A DNA stretch of 63,952 bases, counting the filler, from Aduncisulcus paluster (Eukaryota): NCBI GenBank assembly GCA_024181965.1. It is 9 parts of 9 records of this genome, joined end to end, with 100 filler letters (N's around TTAATTAATTAA, not from the genome) between each part and the next. Parts side by side here need not be neighbours in the genome. Positions count along the whole stretch, not along the records: positions 1 to 18,205 come from BQXS01011224.1; 8 more parts are not named here. One strand, given 5' to 3'. The notes under the pieces are model-generated. The model searched no databases. It saw only the letters and a program-made list of their open reading frames with translations, and was not told the DNA's origin. How positions within the stretch are numbered: the stretch's first letter is position 1; the number at the start of each line of letters is the position of its first letter. A program made the translations under genes and the position numbers. Below are positions 1 through 13,871 of this stretch, piece after piece.

Positions 1-432
1 TACTCTCCTCCACCTCCTGTGAAACCCACTCCCTCAATGTCCTCAGACAATCCCTCGGATATTCCTCCCAAACCCAATGAATCTGCGTCAAAACCGGATA
101 CGAAAGAAGAGGAGAGTGAAGGAGAGAGTGTTGAAGATATTGATGCTCTGTTTGATGCCGATATGTATGAAGAAATTGAGGAAGTGGAGGAACTTGATGA
201 TGATGCCTATGAGGAATATTTGAAAAAGAAAGCAGACAAAAAGAAAGAAGAAGAAGCAGAGAAGGTAAAGATTGAATTGGAGAAGCAGAAGAGACTTCGG
301 GAAGAAACTCAGCGGATTAAAGAACAGAGAAGACAGGAGCAAGAAAGACAGGATAATCAATCGAAACCCAAAGAGCAAGAAGTCAAATCCAAGGACACTG
401 GGGAAGGCAGTAGAGCTTGTACAATCATGTAA
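1..432 (+). CDS. 3' part of a charged coiled-coil protein ending in a CaaX prenylation motif (CTIM)
   Basis: Open from the window edge to TAA at 430-432; acidic then K/E-rich segment; ends ...SRACTIM*. Confidence 0.6.
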   Translation, partial: YSPPPPVKPTPSMSSDNPSDIPPKPNESASKPDTKEEESEGESVEDIDALFDADMYEEIEEVEELDDDAYEEYLKKKADKKKEEEAEKVKIELEKQKRLREETQRIKEQRRQEQERQDNQSKPKEQEVKSKDTGEGSRACTIM

Positions 433-1617
433 TTCATATAGAAAGAGAAAGAGTCAAAATAATTTACTTATTACACGGTTAAAATTCATTTCTCGATTTC
501 GCTAGAAGAACTGTCTGGAAATTATCAACACTCAACATTATACTATGATAGACTAGTTGTCCCACGCAAAGAGAACAATCGTGGAATAAGGAGGAGAATG
601 AGTGATGGCGGGTAAATCCAGATTTTGGATTGTTCATTCGATAGTTGCAATCACTATTGAATTTTTACATTACAATACTGACTCGTCTTCCGTGGTGTAT
701 ATCGCTCAATCATTGGGCATCAATAAATTTAATAAATTTATATTGCCATCCTATATTCATCAAAGAGAGTTTGTCCAGAGGTATTGTTAAAAAACCTGAG
801 AAAAATAATTAAAAAGAAGTCAAGCTACCTGTGTTAATCTAGAAATTTTAATTCGATTCCACACCTGCACATGAGCTACATTGACCTGGTTCGTCCTATA
901 CATTGAGGTTTGTAGGTTAAAAACGAATTTCCAAAAGATATAAAAATATAATTTTGTCCGTGATATCTTCAAGAATACGCCATTTTGGTGCGGCAGCAAA
1001 CAATTCTGGTACCGCTGCGGCACTGCCGGTGTACTATTTCAAAGCATTATGACTCATATGTGCGTCGGACAAGTGTTGAACACTTAGGATTGGAAATATA
1101 TTCGGACTTGAAAAATTAAAATCAATTTCAAGGAGATGAAATGATATAATATTATCCAGAATACGCCATTTTAGCATCAAAATGGCGATTTATTCATAAG
1201 TCCGCGTATACGATAGACAATACAAATGATAAGCTGATTTTTAAATCATATTATTACATATATTGGGCTTTCAAATATTTTTTTTAGTAAATTCGGAAGA
1301 GAACTAAAGACAGAAAATTCGAAATGAATTTCTCGCCTTTTCGTTACATCCCTTGGTAAATTTTCGATTGATCGGCCAGATTTAAGTATGTTATTCGATT
1401 TCTTAAAATATTTTAGTTCCATTTAATCTGTATTTATTTATTTATTTTGTTTTTTACATATTCCTCAACAATCTCTCCATTTCACCCTTTATTGTCCTAT
1501 AGTCTGCTAATCAATTGCATCTCAATCATTTATTGTTTGTAATTTGTATACTCTTATACCATTTATATCTCTTATTGAATATTTTGGTCGATCGTTTCTT
1601 TACTCTCTATTGATCGT

Positions 1618-4600
1618 ATGGGAAAAGACAAATCTAAAACTAAACTGTCTAAATCTTCAAAATTATTTGGTCACAAACGTAAAAAAGATGACAAGACCCT
1701 CATCTCTGCGTCTGGTATCAAAACCTTGAGTTGCTGTGGCAAAGGAGGGTTCGGGTCGGTCTATATTGTGAGTATTGACGGTGTTTCTCAACTGTGTGTT
1801 CTGAAGAAACTCCTTCAAGTCGGTGACAAGGCCGTTGTCAAAGCGTGTCGCAAGGAGTTCAAGATCCAAGTGAAGCTGTTCATGAACCCTAAATGTTTCA
1901 ACCGTATCCCTCGCCCCATCTACATCCTTGACCTTCTTGACGAGGACTATAAAGGTGTGTATGGGTTTTGCATGGAGTTTTGTATTGAAGGCAGTGTAAA
2001 AGAGTTTGCCAAGAGTTGGTGTATTGGAGGCAAGTATGGACGTGGATGTTCAAGCTCCTCACTTGAATCTGAAGACTCAAGCTATGACTCTGACTCTGAC
2101 TCTGACTCCGATTCAAGCTCTGACTCAAGCTCTGACTCAAGCTCTGACACAAGCTCCTCTCGCATTGACCCCATGACTCTTGATCCTCTGAGAGTGAGTG
2201 CATTGTGTGTTGGAATGATCGAGTGTCTTTCCGAAGTGTTCACAGCCAAACCCGACCTTATTCACAGACATTAAGCCTGACAACTTCCTTGTTCGTGTTG
2301 AACCCAAGACAATCGATTGCACCATTGTTCTCTCTGATCTCGGTCTTTCTCAGATTCAAGATTCTATCTCTTCTGCAACTTTTTGTAAGAGTTTTGTTGA
2401 TTTATCCAAGTCTGAAGAATCTGAATCTAACCCCAAACCCAGACGTTCCATCTGTGGCACCCTTGTGTACATGTCCTATGAAGCTCTCAAAGGAGATCAA
2501 AGCCAAGAGAGCGATGCTTATTCACTCGGTATGACAATCCTTGCAATGTTCAAGGGCCAAGATCCTTTCCTTCAGCATCCAGTTTTAAATCGGATAGTTT
2601 CTTCCACTGCAGAATATGTTAAGGAACTTAGTGATCTCATTTCAAAAGGAATTGGTCCAAAACTCTCTGAATCTCGTCTTTTCAAATCCCTTAAAACTAT
2701 TGAAGATGGCAAGTTCAAGCCTGTTTATTCCTGTCTGAATGAAATATTCGAAGGATTGATAAAGGTTGACATTGATGAACGTATGAGTGTTCATGAAGCC
2801 TGTGAGAAAGTTCAATCCATCAAACCTCTTCTTCCAAAGATTGGAGAAGGGTGGAAATGTCCATCCATTGACGATATTGTGAAGCCTCAGCTTGCCAAGC
2901 ATAAAGGTGATTCTGGATGTATTGTTGAGGAAGATGCTTCAATTCAAAGTGTTGTGTTAAAACCAAATTGGGATGATGGTTTGAGTTTGAGTCGTCCATC
3001 CGAATCCAAGACACCAAGTGCAAGTTCAAGTGTTTCTAAAAAAGAAGAAAAAGAAGATTTGAAGAAAGTTATGCGACCATATTCGGTTCATGAGCTCCGA
3101 ACATTAGTCGAAGACATTCAACACACTTCATCTCAAGCTTCTGTCAGCTCCCTTTTCAAAGCATCTTCTCCTCGACTTCTTTATATTTTTGAGGAATGGT
3201 ATCACAAGCAATTCTTCTCAAACCCCATTGGAGATTCATCCTCTTCTCTTGCATCTGATAGAGCTCTATTCACGCTTTGTTTCGAATGTTTATCCTTATT
3301 TGTCCGGCATGAATGTGCTTGTTCATCTTCTGNNNNNNNNNNNNNNNNNNNNTCGGTTCATGAGCTCCGAACATTAGTCGAAGACATTCAACACACTTCA
3401 TCTCAAGCTTCTGTCAGCTCCCTTTTCAAAGCATCTTCTCCTCGACTTCTTTATATTTTTGAGGAATGGTATCACAAGCAATTCTTCTCAAACCCCATTG
3501 GAGATTCATCCTCTTCTCTTGCATCTGATAGAGCTCTATTCACGCTTTGTTTCGAATGTTTATCCTTATTTGTCCGGCATGAATGTGCTTGTTCATCTTC
3601 TGGCTCTTGTGATGATGATGAATGTGATGATTGTTCTATGTTGACACTTGGTGAATCCTCTCTCAAAGAATTGATTGAGACCTTTTTGACACCAATGATC
3701 CGAGTTGAAGCTGAATTGAGCAAGTTAGATGATATTAAAGAATCTGGTGGAAAACATGGGGCGAGTTCAATATCAAAATATTTGGTTCGAATTATCATAG
3801 CAGCGGAACAGAAAGTTAAAGCATTTGAAACAAAACGAATTCCTCAAATATCTTCTGTTTTGGGAAAGTTTGTCAGTAGTCTTGATTTGGATGATTTAGA
3901 GGAGAAAATTAAGAAATGTCCTGATTCAGAATCAACTTCAAAGCTTTACCACAAATATCGAGAAGATATTCTTTCTGTCTTCCTTGCATTCCAATCAAAG
4001 AGTGAGATTGAAAAGAATAAGAAAGAAATTATATATAGTTCTCAGAATTTAGCAGCGTTTGTTAGACATGATATTTCTGAAAATTCTATCTTTCTCCATG
4101 TTCCTGATCTAAACGATCTTCTTGACACTTTCATTGATCATCTTTCAAGAGTTGAGGAAGTGTTGGAAGGTGATGTTGATGGAAAGTATTGCTGGATTTG
4201 TATGGGTTATACTTTCAAACTTCCTGAAAAAAGGGATTCCTTCCTTCCCATGATCTCTCCCACTTTCAAACGTATTCTTGAGAGAGGGAGAAAGGAGAAG
4301 TTGGGTTATATTGCAAAAAGTTTATTAGAAACTCTCAGAAACATCTCTAATTCTCCCTCTTCTTCCACTAAATCTTCTCTTCTCCTCCTCATCAAGCCAT
4401 ATGTAAGAGATTGGTTGAGGATAAACAATGATAGTGAGTGGGGGGATTGTACGGGAGATTGGATGTGTATTCTCTCGGAAATTACTCGCTTAAGTGATGA
4501 TACTGACAAATCCATCATTTCTGAAGCTTGGTATTTCTTCCACCCTATTCTTGCTTTTGTCAAGACAGAATATGTTGGTGACATGATTGCTCAGCATTTA

Positions 4601-4891
4601 TTCCATGATGCTTTATGGTTCTTCTCTAACTTATGTTGCGATCCATCATACGCCTTTGAAATCTTTGAAAATATTAAGGGGCTTCTTGATAGATGGTTTG
4701 AAGCAATGAAAACAAAGGAAGATTGGTGGGGAATCAAATTCTGGTCCAAGTTAATCTCAATGCTCTCCACTATTCCAGATATTGTTCCTCAATTATCTCC
4801 CAAGTATGATGCCCACATGGAATGGTGTAGAAATGATAATGGGGGTGATCTCTTAGATTATTCGAAATTCATACGTAACTGTAAAACATGA
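1618..4891 (+). pseudogene. Lineage-specific Ser/Thr kinase plus C-terminal helical domain, frameshifted in the HRD motif (pseudogene or sequence error)
   Basis: GKGGFGSV, CVLKK, then ATTCACAGACATTAAGCCTGAC (2 nt short of IHRDIKPDN) at ~2261-2282; the +1 frame continues KPDNFLVR...SDLGL...GTLVYMSYE into ORF 2465-4891; MGKDKS N-terminus is myristoylation-like; 3083-3332 is duplicated across an N gap. Confidence 0.8.
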
Positions 4892-5039
4892 TTTATTTAT
4901 TCAAAGTGCAAGTAATGAGAAGATATTCCAGCTAGATTATAAAAGACTAAAAAATATCTCGATTTCTTCCCTTGTTGGCTTTAACTCGAGCTTCCAGTTA
5001 GACCCTTATCAAACCATATATCATCTCCTAATTACTCTA

Positions 5040-5657
5040 AGAATCATCTCCCTCTCTCCGACTTCTTCCACTCGATCCTCTATTCTCACCCTCATCAAAC
5101 CATATATCAGAGATTGGTTGAGGATATACAATGATAGTGAGTGTTATGGAAATTGGATGGTTATTCTATCACAAATCACCCTCTCAAGTGATGATGAAAC
5201 ACCCAACAAATCTATCTGTTCTGAAGCTTGGCCTCTCTTCCACCTTGTTCTTGATGTTGTTAAGAAAGAGTTTGTTGGGGATAAGATTGTTGAGGATGAT
5301 CACGAGAATGTATTATTATTATTCTCCAACTTATGTTGTGATCCATTGCATGCTCTCGAAATTTATGATAATGTTAAAGATCTTCTGGATGTGTGGTTTA
5401 CTGTTATAAAGAAAAAATCAGAATATAAAGATGAAATAACAGAATATATAGTGGAATATATAAAATATAAAGATGGAATTAAATACTGGTCTAAACTCAT
5501 TGCTATGTTCTCCACTATTCCACCTCTTATTCCAAACATATCTCCCAAATATGATGCTAGCGTTGAGTGGTGCAAGTTCACTTTCCAAAGTATTATTTTA
5601 TACTCCGATCCTTATAAATTTATAACCAATGGTGGAGCAAATTTATTATTTCCATGA
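5040..5657 (+). pseudogene. Detached fragment of the kinase-family C-terminal helical domain
   Basis: RDWLRIYNDSECYGNWMVILSQIT...SEAWPLFH...EFVGDKIVED...IKYWSKLI aligns with the C-termini of ORFs 2465-4891 and 32527-35067; no proper start. Confidence 0.7.
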
Positions 5658-5795
5658 ACGAAGCGCAAAGAACAAAGTAAAAGTAAAAATCAAAACACAA
5701 AAACTGCATAACTTTTTTACTAGATAAAAACTTTTTTATCTTGTAAATTTTCGTCCGAAAATTTTGTCACAATAAATATCAAGATTACATCAAAT

Positions 5796-8375
5796 TTATT
5801 CTTCTTCTTTCATCCACTCTTCCTTGAAACCATCATCTTGTACCATAATCTCTTGAAGTTGTTCCTTGATGAAATTCAACACTCTCACACTTTCCTCTGT
5901 TCTGATTCGAGGTGGCAAGACGATTCTATCGCCACTGGCATCGGCCTCTATAAACCCACACTCACCAGCAAGAGAATAAACAGATGAACGTGTTGCTCTG
6001 ATCATTTGTTCTTTTTCAATCACATCCTTCTCGATATTGGTCTTCTCCTCATCCAAATCCTCGACAATAACTCCCAGATCATCGGTTTCACCATTCAGTT
6101 TTGATTTTTCCTCAAGTCTGAACGACTGTTCCTGTGTCAGTTCCCTAATCTCCTGTTGGGCATGCCTCAAACTGCTATCTATGGCTCGTTTCTCTTCCGT
6201 CTTGGATATATATTCACTGTACAGTTCAGAGGAAGGGTCGACTTGTTTCATGCCATCGCGACTGTTCCTCACAGTCATATAAATGGTATCAACTACCCTC
6301 TGAAGTTCCTCACATTGGACTTCCTCCTTGATGATTTGTTTGTTCAGAGCATCTCCTTTCTCCTTAAGCTCTTGTTTCTTCTTTTCGACGTTCACAATCA
6401 CAAGAGCCTGTGCACTCGTAGCACTCACCTCAGAGCCCACACCCATATGTTTGGCAAGGGCAATCTGTTTCCCACTGATAACTTCATACTTAGCTTTGAG
6501 TTTCTGTGCCAACACACGTCGTTTGTGTACCTCAGACTTTGTCTTTGTATTCTCTTCAGAGATAAGTCTGAGCTCAGCAAGACTGCCCCTTTCTAAAGAT
6601 TCGATCTCAACTCTTTTTCCCATCATGAGGGCTTTGCGGTGCTGTACAATATTCGTCAAACGGGCTTCTGTGTCTTTTAGCCTATTCAATTCATCCCTTA
6701 ATTTCACATCCTTGAGCGAAACTTCACTCTGATCAATATAAGAATCCTCACAGTCTTTCTTTAACTTTCCACACTTCTTCTCAAGCTTATCAGCCTCTAA
6801 TTCTTTAGCAGTACACTCGGCAGAGATCTTCTCTTCGTCCACTTTTAACTGGTTAAGTTGTCTCACAGCTCTTTGGTTCTGTCTGGTCACTTCACTCTCT
6901 TGATCAGCAAGAAGCTTACGACGTTTTTCCTCCTTGTTAAATGCAGTCGTGAGCTCTTCAATACGTTTCTTCAGAGCTCTCGTCTCTTCCTCCGATCTAG
7001 CTCCCTGAGCTCTACTCAAACGACGTTCAAGCTGCTGGACACGATACCCGGAGTTATAGAGATGGAATGTCTGTTGCTGTAAATGCTTGTCCAGTTGTTG
7101 GATCTTTTCTTTGAGGTTTCGAATAGATACTTTTCCAGCACCGATTTGAGCAATATCTTTGGACTCTGACTCACGTAGGGCTTGTACTTCATGGATAGTG
7201 GTACGAGTAATCTCTTCAAGCTGTTTCAGCTGCTGTTGTTTCTCCTCTTTTTCACTCAGAAGACGTTGAGCAGCTTCCTCAGCTCGCTTGGCATATAAAA
7301 CCTTGTTGTGCTTCTCTTTCTCCATGTCTTTCTGCAGATCTTCAGTTTCCTTGAGTTTCTTCTTCGAAACTTCTACACGATGCTCGGTATCGGTGATTTT
7401 CTGATCAACAGTCTTGACTTGATTCCTGAAAGAGTCAAGCTCCTTGCTGATCTTTTCAAGAACACGATGAGACACATTTAGTGTGTCTTTCCCATCGGAT
7501 ACCTGAGTTTCCCATGAATTTACATCCTCTCGCTTGGCCTCATAAGATCTACGACTAGCGTCACGCTGCTTGATAATCTCAGCCTTAAGTGTTTCTTCAG
7601 ATTCTAAATGGTCCTCTTCTTTCTTCAATTCTTGTTCACGATGCGTAGTTGTTGCACGGGAATCCTCAATATCCCTTGAAATGTCCTGTAAGTCCCTTTC
7701 CTTGTCGAGAAAGACAGCTTCACTCTTCTGAATCCTGTCAATCCACTCATTCTTTGACGAATCGATATTAATCATCTTCTGGCTCTGTCGAACCATTTGT
7801 TGTTGCAAAGATTGGGTCTGGGCAACAACCTCATCGCGCACAGTTCGAATGGCTGAGATTTCCTTGTTGATCTTCTCAGTTTTAACAGATAGTTCTCGGA
7901 TTTTCTTTTCATCTGCATGTTTATAACTTTCAAGAGCAGTAACATCCTCTCTTTTCAGCAGTTCAGCTTGTTGCCATTGGCTAAATTCTTGCGCTTTGAA
8001 TGAAGCGTGCTGCTCTGCACTTTCAATTGCTTTAACGGTTTTAACTATTTCTGATTCAAGAGAAGTTTGAATATCATGAAGATTTTGGGCTTCTTTTTCA
8101 GCTTTTTTTTGGGATTTCTTTATAAATTCCCAATTTTTGAAGGAGAGGATGTATCGACCCTCTATTTGATCTTTTCTCTTTTCCTTTTCTTGTTTTTGTA
8201 ACATTAATTTCTTTTTTTCGCCGTCAACTACTTGTAATTGTTTTTTCATATAAGAAGAGCGAACGGTTTGTTCAGACAGAGATTTTTCCCTCTCAGAGCA
8301 AAGCATTCGCATTTCCTCCACCTTTTTATACAAAAGAAGGTTTTCTGGGTTATAAAGAGCGGTTAAATCTTCCAT
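5796..8375 (-). CDS. CCDC39: Coiled-coil domain-containing protein 39 (axonemal 96-nm ruler subunit)
   Basis: ~860-aa coiled coil with family-typical FSQWQQAELLKREDVTALESYKHADEKKIREL, LYNSGYRVQQLERRLSRAQG, KLKAKYE and ELKEKGDALNKQIIKEE. Confidence 0.8.
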   Translation of the reverse strand: MEDLTALYNPENLLLYKKVEEMRMLCSEREKSLSEQTVRSSYMKKQLQVVDGEKKKLMLQKQEKEKRKDQIEGRYILSFKNWEFIKKSQKKAEKEAQNLHDIQTSLESEIVKTVKAIESAEQHASFKAQEFSQWQQAELLKREDVTALESYKHADEKKIRELSVKTEKINKEISAIRTVRDEVVAQTQSLQQQMVRQSQKMINIDSSKNEWIDRIQKSEAVFLDKERDLQDISRDIEDSRATTTHREQELKKEEDHLESEETLKAEIIKQRDASRRSYEAKREDVNSWETQVSDGKDTLNVSHRVLEKISKELDSFRNQVKTVDQKITDTEHRVEVSKKKLKETEDLQKDMEKEKHNKVLYAKRAEEAAQRLLSEKEEKQQQLKQLEEITRTTIHEVQALRESESKDIAQIGAGKVSIRNLKEKIQQLDKHLQQQTFHLYNSGYRVQQLERRLSRAQGARSEEETRALKKRIEELTTAFNKEEKRRKLLADQESEVTRQNQRAVRQLNQLKVDEEKISAECTAKELEADKLEKKCGKLKKDCEDSYIDQSEVSLKDVKLRDELNRLKDTEARLTNIVQHRKALMMGKRVEIESLERGSLAELRLISEENTKTKSEVHKRRVLAQKLKAKYEVISGKQIALAKHMGVGSEVSATSAQALVIVNVEKKKQELKEKGDALNKQIIKEEVQCEELQRVVDTIYMTVRNSRDGMKQVDPSSELYSEYISKTEEKRAIDSSLRHAQQEIRELTQEQSFRLEEKSKLNGETDDLGVIVEDLDEEKTNIEKDVIEKEQMIRATRSSVYSLAGECGFIEADASGDRIVLPPRIRTEESVRVLNFIKEQLQEIMVQDDGFKEEWMKEEE

Positions 8376-8575
8376 GTTTTGCCAAAACACAAAGTTTAAC
8401 TTTTGCTGTGTTCATGTCTTAAATATATAGATTCGAAAATTAATACATAAATGCATGGTATTATTTTCCAAATAATAAATGATTTAATGGATCATGGCTA
8501 CCTCCAACCAAAAAACTGTTTTGGTTTGTCGATTTTGGCACTTATCAATTATCATTCAATATTTAAAATAATTCC

Positions 8576-9649
8576 ATGGGAGAAGAAAAGATAAAATATA
8601 CTTGTTCAACAGTTTTAGTCCTATTTTGGAGGAAATATTGCCTCCCCACTGTGTTTGCCATTTTTGGATCCTTATCGCGTTATTGTTTAGATATTTTTAT
8701 TTCAATATATGATTATATTGGGCGTTCATGGGTCGAAAATGCAATTGGATGCTTGATTTTATCTTTATCTAGTGCTGGGATGATGTTTTCCAATTCTCCC
8801 AACCTTAAAAAAGCCATTGAGACAGGATTTTGTGGTTGTTTGACAACATTTTCAACATGGTTAACAGGAATTGCGATTGAATTACTCGATAATCATATTA
8901 TTTTCTCATTTTCTGGAATGCTTATCAGTGGATCTACTCTGGCCATTGTAACATATTTAGGCCTTCAAATAGGTGGTAAAATATTCAATTCAAGTGAAAA
9001 AAAGAAAAGCGAATGGCTTGAAAAGTATGGACTCGAAACTTTTCCCTCGAAAAAGGACAAACCTGGTTGCTGTCGTAAAAATCCAGATAACTCAATCAAA
9101 ATAATTGAAATGAAAGAAACAAAATCCATAGGATCCGATGCTTTGCTTGACGAAGAGTATCCTCGCCCTCCAATTACCACAGCTGGTATTCTCAATGTTT
9201 TCGTGATTGCTCTTCTTTTGATTACCATTTTATCGGCAATTATAATCGCTTTCTTCGCTGCGTCATATTCTGACGATTTATTATTGCAATGTTTTGGCTA
9301 CAACGCCCTGTTTTGTATCTTTGGGTTTTGGATTCGTGTATTTTTCTCCAGATTTAACAAAAGGTTCAAAAAAACTGGTACATGGCTGACCAACATGGCT
9401 GGCGTAGCCATAACAGCCATTGGAGCCATTGTAAAGAAGAAAAATATTGAATCTCGTGGAGCCAGAACTATTGCTTTGTATTCAGCTGGATTGAGTGGTA
9501 TTGCTGGGTCCATGTCTACAATGTCAACATTCATGAAGGAATGTGGTCAGTTAGGTCTTTGGCACGGAATGGCATACTGGACTTTTACTGTTGGGGTGGG
9601 TATTTCAATCGCTTTCCCATTTTATAATTCCGATATACTGACATCTTAA
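8576..9649 (+). CDS. FEX: FEX-type fluoride exporter (two fused Fluc/CrcB domains)
   Basis: Multi-TM; GSLSRY, ENAIGC and TGFCGCLTTFST in domain 1; GTWLTNMAG and GIAGSMSTMSTF in domain 2. Confidence 0.85.
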   Translation: MGEEKIKYTCSTVLVLFWRKYCLPTVFAIFGSLSRYCLDIFISIYDYIGRSWVENAIGCLILSLSSAGMMFSNSPNLKKAIETGFCGCLTTFSTWLTGIAIELLDNHIIFSFSGMLISGSTLAIVTYLGLQIGGKIFNSSEKKKSEWLEKYGLETFPSKKDKPGCCRKNPDNSIKIIEMKETKSIGSDALLDEEYPRPPITTAGILNVFVIALLLITILSAIIIAFFAASYSDDLLLQCFGYNALFCIFGFWIRVFFSRFNKRFKKTGTWLTNMAGVAITAIGAIVKKKNIESRGARTIALYSAGLSGIAGSMSTMSTFMKECGQLGLWHGMAYWTFTVGVGISIAFPFYNSDILTS

Positions 9650-9808
9650 CTTTTAGGATAAAATAAATTATTTATTGTTATAACCATAATTTAAGAATCT
9701 TTTTTTTGAATATTGCTATGCATTTTCAAGATATCGATCTGTCTGAGATAATGTTGGGATTTGTTTACATATAGATTAGCTTTAGTTGAAAAAGGCAAAA
9801 CACTACTA

Positions 9809-10860
9809 ATGTCTGACTATATTGGCCCAATCTATCCCCTTTTGTATGTTTATTTTCTATTCATTCACCAATTTCAATTTCTTTCCTTTTATATCTATTT
9901 ATTTACATTTTTTGACGATTATCAATCGAATATTATTGTAGTATTATGCCAGATGGTTCTCATAAAAAGCTTAAAGTTGATGAATCCACGACATTCGGAG
10001 ATATTGTCGATAGTTTATGTCAAAGAATTGAATTGTATTCAAATATTTCTAGTTATCGTATTGTTATGGAACCATCACAGGAAATTATGAAACCTGAGAA
10101 CAAATATCTTGAATATATCTCCTCATTACCCCAAGAAGAGAAGTCGGCTGTTAGATGTCTTTTTAAGCGTCTATTTTTCATGGATCCCGACGAGGATTAT
10201 TGTTCAGATCCGATTACTAAGCATTTTATGTATTCTCAATTCCGTGCCTCTGTTTTACAAGGTGAATATTTTGTTACCATTGACCAAGCTCTTGATCTTG
10301 CTGCTTTGTCATTTCAAAGCACATATGGTCCACATAATCCATCCAAACACAAAAGTGGGTTCCTCGGAAAGTTCATTTCTGATTTTATTCCTGCTTCATA
10401 TCTTCCTTCTCGCTCTATCAGTGAATGGGAGGATCTTTTGTTTTCAGCTCACACGAAACTCGGCATGAAAACGAAATCAGAATGTGAATTTGACTACATT
10501 TCCATTATAAAGACTCTTCCTTATCATCAAATGGTTATGATTGACTGTGTGTATGTTTCCGCTGGAGATGTTCCCATCAAAGAGAGAGTATACATCGGAA
10601 TAGGCGCCAATGGATTATATGTTCTCAGTTTTCCAGCAATGGACGCAAAGAGTTTTGTTGCTCTTCATGAGATTCTGACATGGGGATGCTCAAAGAATAC
10701 GTTTAATATCAAGATACCAAGAGGCGATGAAGGAGACGCCGAATCACATATCTTCGAGACGTCAAGGCCTCGAATGTTGATGGATATGCTTCATGGATAT
10801 GTCCAAATGTACCTTCAAGAAATTAAAGACGCTGAAGAGGAAGGAGAACTCGAAGAATGA
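9809..10860 (+). CDS. FERM-domain protein; 2 exons (9809-9843, 9942-10860)
   Basis: Intron GTATGT(9844)...TGTAG(9941) gives in-frame MSDYIGPIYPLFIMPDGS; FERM motifs FKRLFF, YSQFRASVLQGEY, ALDLAALSFQ, YISIIKTLPY. Confidence 0.85.
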
Positions 10861-11515
10861 ATATAATTTAATATTCATCAATTGAATTTTTATTTTCATC
10901 CAGATTTTGATCTCAATTGAGATAATATTTATGTATATTCTATATTTGAAGGGGGAAAGGATATATGTTGTAATAAAACCACTGCAAACCAAATTTATTC
11001 TATTTTAATTAATAAAATAACAAAAATATATATTTTCGCAAGTTATATTGTATTTACATCTTTTATTGACTCACTGAGTGCAAATTTTCAAAATTTATAG
11101 CAAGTTGCTATCTCATTAAATATAATATTATTCGACATTTTTTCATTTATAACTCTTATTTACTTCTCATTTAACTTCATTTATTATGTTATTTTTATTA
11201 TCACCTACGTGAATATAGGGGAAACATATTTTCGACCTTAAAACGCGTTATTTTGATTTCAATTTTATTAAATTCTTAATTAAGAGTTTATAAAAAACAA
11301 AATTTCTCTACTAATACATGCGCGTGTAAGCGGGTTAAAAAAAGCAAGAAAAAAAAATTAAAAGGATGTCAGACGAAATTATTTTATCATTTTCGAAGCA
11401 AAAAATAAATCAAATACAAGCACTTTTCCAAATATTTTAAATTAAATGCATAATTTTCTTATGGGATAGTAATATAACAACTCGAAGGGGATTAGCTGGT
11501 GTCTTTCTCTGAAAA

Positions 11516-12329
<814 letters not shown>

Positions 12330-12819
12330 CAAAATAAAAATATCTAATTCATTCTTGAATAAATACAAATTTACTCCGGAGGAAGTTACAATACTCCGGT
12401 CAAAATCTCAAAATTGATTATCTTAAATTAGGAAATACTTGTGGAAATTACAACAAAATGGCATTTAACAGGTCATACTTACTAAGCACAGACTTAAAAT
12501 TGGCTGATCCGGATATATGGACATAATTATGACGAGCTTCCTCACAAACGGGGCGCAACGAACTTTGGATTATCCTGGAGGGGAAATAAATTAAAAACCA
12601 TAAGAGAATTAAGAGAAAATGCCACTCTAATCCGGAGAAACAAGGTATAACATTTGATTTGCTGTCATCAAAAACTGATATTAATCTTGGTCAACAAATG
12701 CTTTTTAATTTGAACCGCTATTCGCAGATTTATGTATGTTATTCCATTTCAAGAAATATTTCAATATGTTTATTACCATATTTATATTTACTTTTCTTAC
12801 CCGTTGACTCCTCAATTCA

Positions 12820-13871
12820 TAGCCCCAGGTATATCATTAACCTTTTTGACGAGGACTACAAAGGCGTGTATGGCTTTTGCACGGAGTTTTGTATTGGAGG
12901 CAACGTGAAGTCCTTTTCCAGGAGTTGGTGTGTTGGATGCAAGTGTAGAAGTTTAAGCCTCTCATCAGGAACCATACCATCGAACTCTGACAGTTCTGCT
13001 GAATCTGCTTCTAAATCTGAAGACTCAATCCCCACTCCTTTTGACCCCATGACTCTTGATCCTCTGAGAGTGAGTGCATTGTGTGTTGGAATGATTGAGT
13101 GTTTTTCCAAAGTTCACAGAATCACCCCCTATATTGTTCACCGTGCCATTAAGCCTCAAAACTTCTCTGTTCCTGTTAATCCCAAAAATGGAAAATGCAC
13201 CATTGTTCTCTCTGCGCCCGGTCTTGCTCGGATCCAAGAGCACATCTCAGATCCCTACTCCATATATTCCATTACGGCCAAGCACAAACCCAAATCATTA
13301 TTTGGATATAAATTATACATGGGTCCCGAAGCTCTTAGAGGGCATTTAAACCACGAGGGTGACGCTTACTCACTCGGTCTGACCCTGTTTGGAGTATTCG
13401 AGAGTAAGGATCCTTTCGTTGACCATCTAGCTTTAAAAGGGATTACTAATCGTTCAGAATATTTTATAAAGCTTGAGGGTATCGTTGCAGAAGGCAAGGG
13501 CCCAAAACTTTGTGAATGCAATTGTTTCAAAACTCTAAAAACCATTGAAGATGGCAAGTTCAAGTCTGTTTATTCCTGTCTGAATGAAATATTCGAAGGA
13601 TTGACAAAGCTTAACAAGTGATGAACGTATGAGTGTTCATGAAGCCTGTGAGAAAGTTCAATCCATCAAACCTCTTCTTCCAAAGATTGGAGAAGGATGG
13701 GAATGTCCATCCATTGACGATATTGTGAAGCCTCAGCTTGCCAAGCATAAAGGTGATTCTGGATGCATTGTTGACGATGTTGAACTTGCAGAAAAAGCTA
13801 GTCTTGAATCAGTGTATGACTTATTTGGAGGTGATTTTGATCCTTTGGATATTGTGTACATATTCAGATGA
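12820..13871 (+). pseudogene. Degenerate copy of the kinase family
   Basis: Homologous to 1618-2930 but lacks the Gly-loop and Lys region; HRD>HRA, DLG>APG; 1-nt frameshift at ~13619 before DERMSVHEACEKV. Confidence 0.8.

Noticed and set aside
971-1190. Repeated GAATACGCCATTTT motif with one inverted partial copy
   Set aside because: Possibly a transposon-end relic, but no boundaries, TSD or ORF can be defined
3083-3602. Apparent tandem duplications around 20-N gaps (also ~25445-26084 and ~47018-47563)
   Set aside because: Identical or near-identical sequence on both sides of a scaffold gap indicates unmerged contig overlaps
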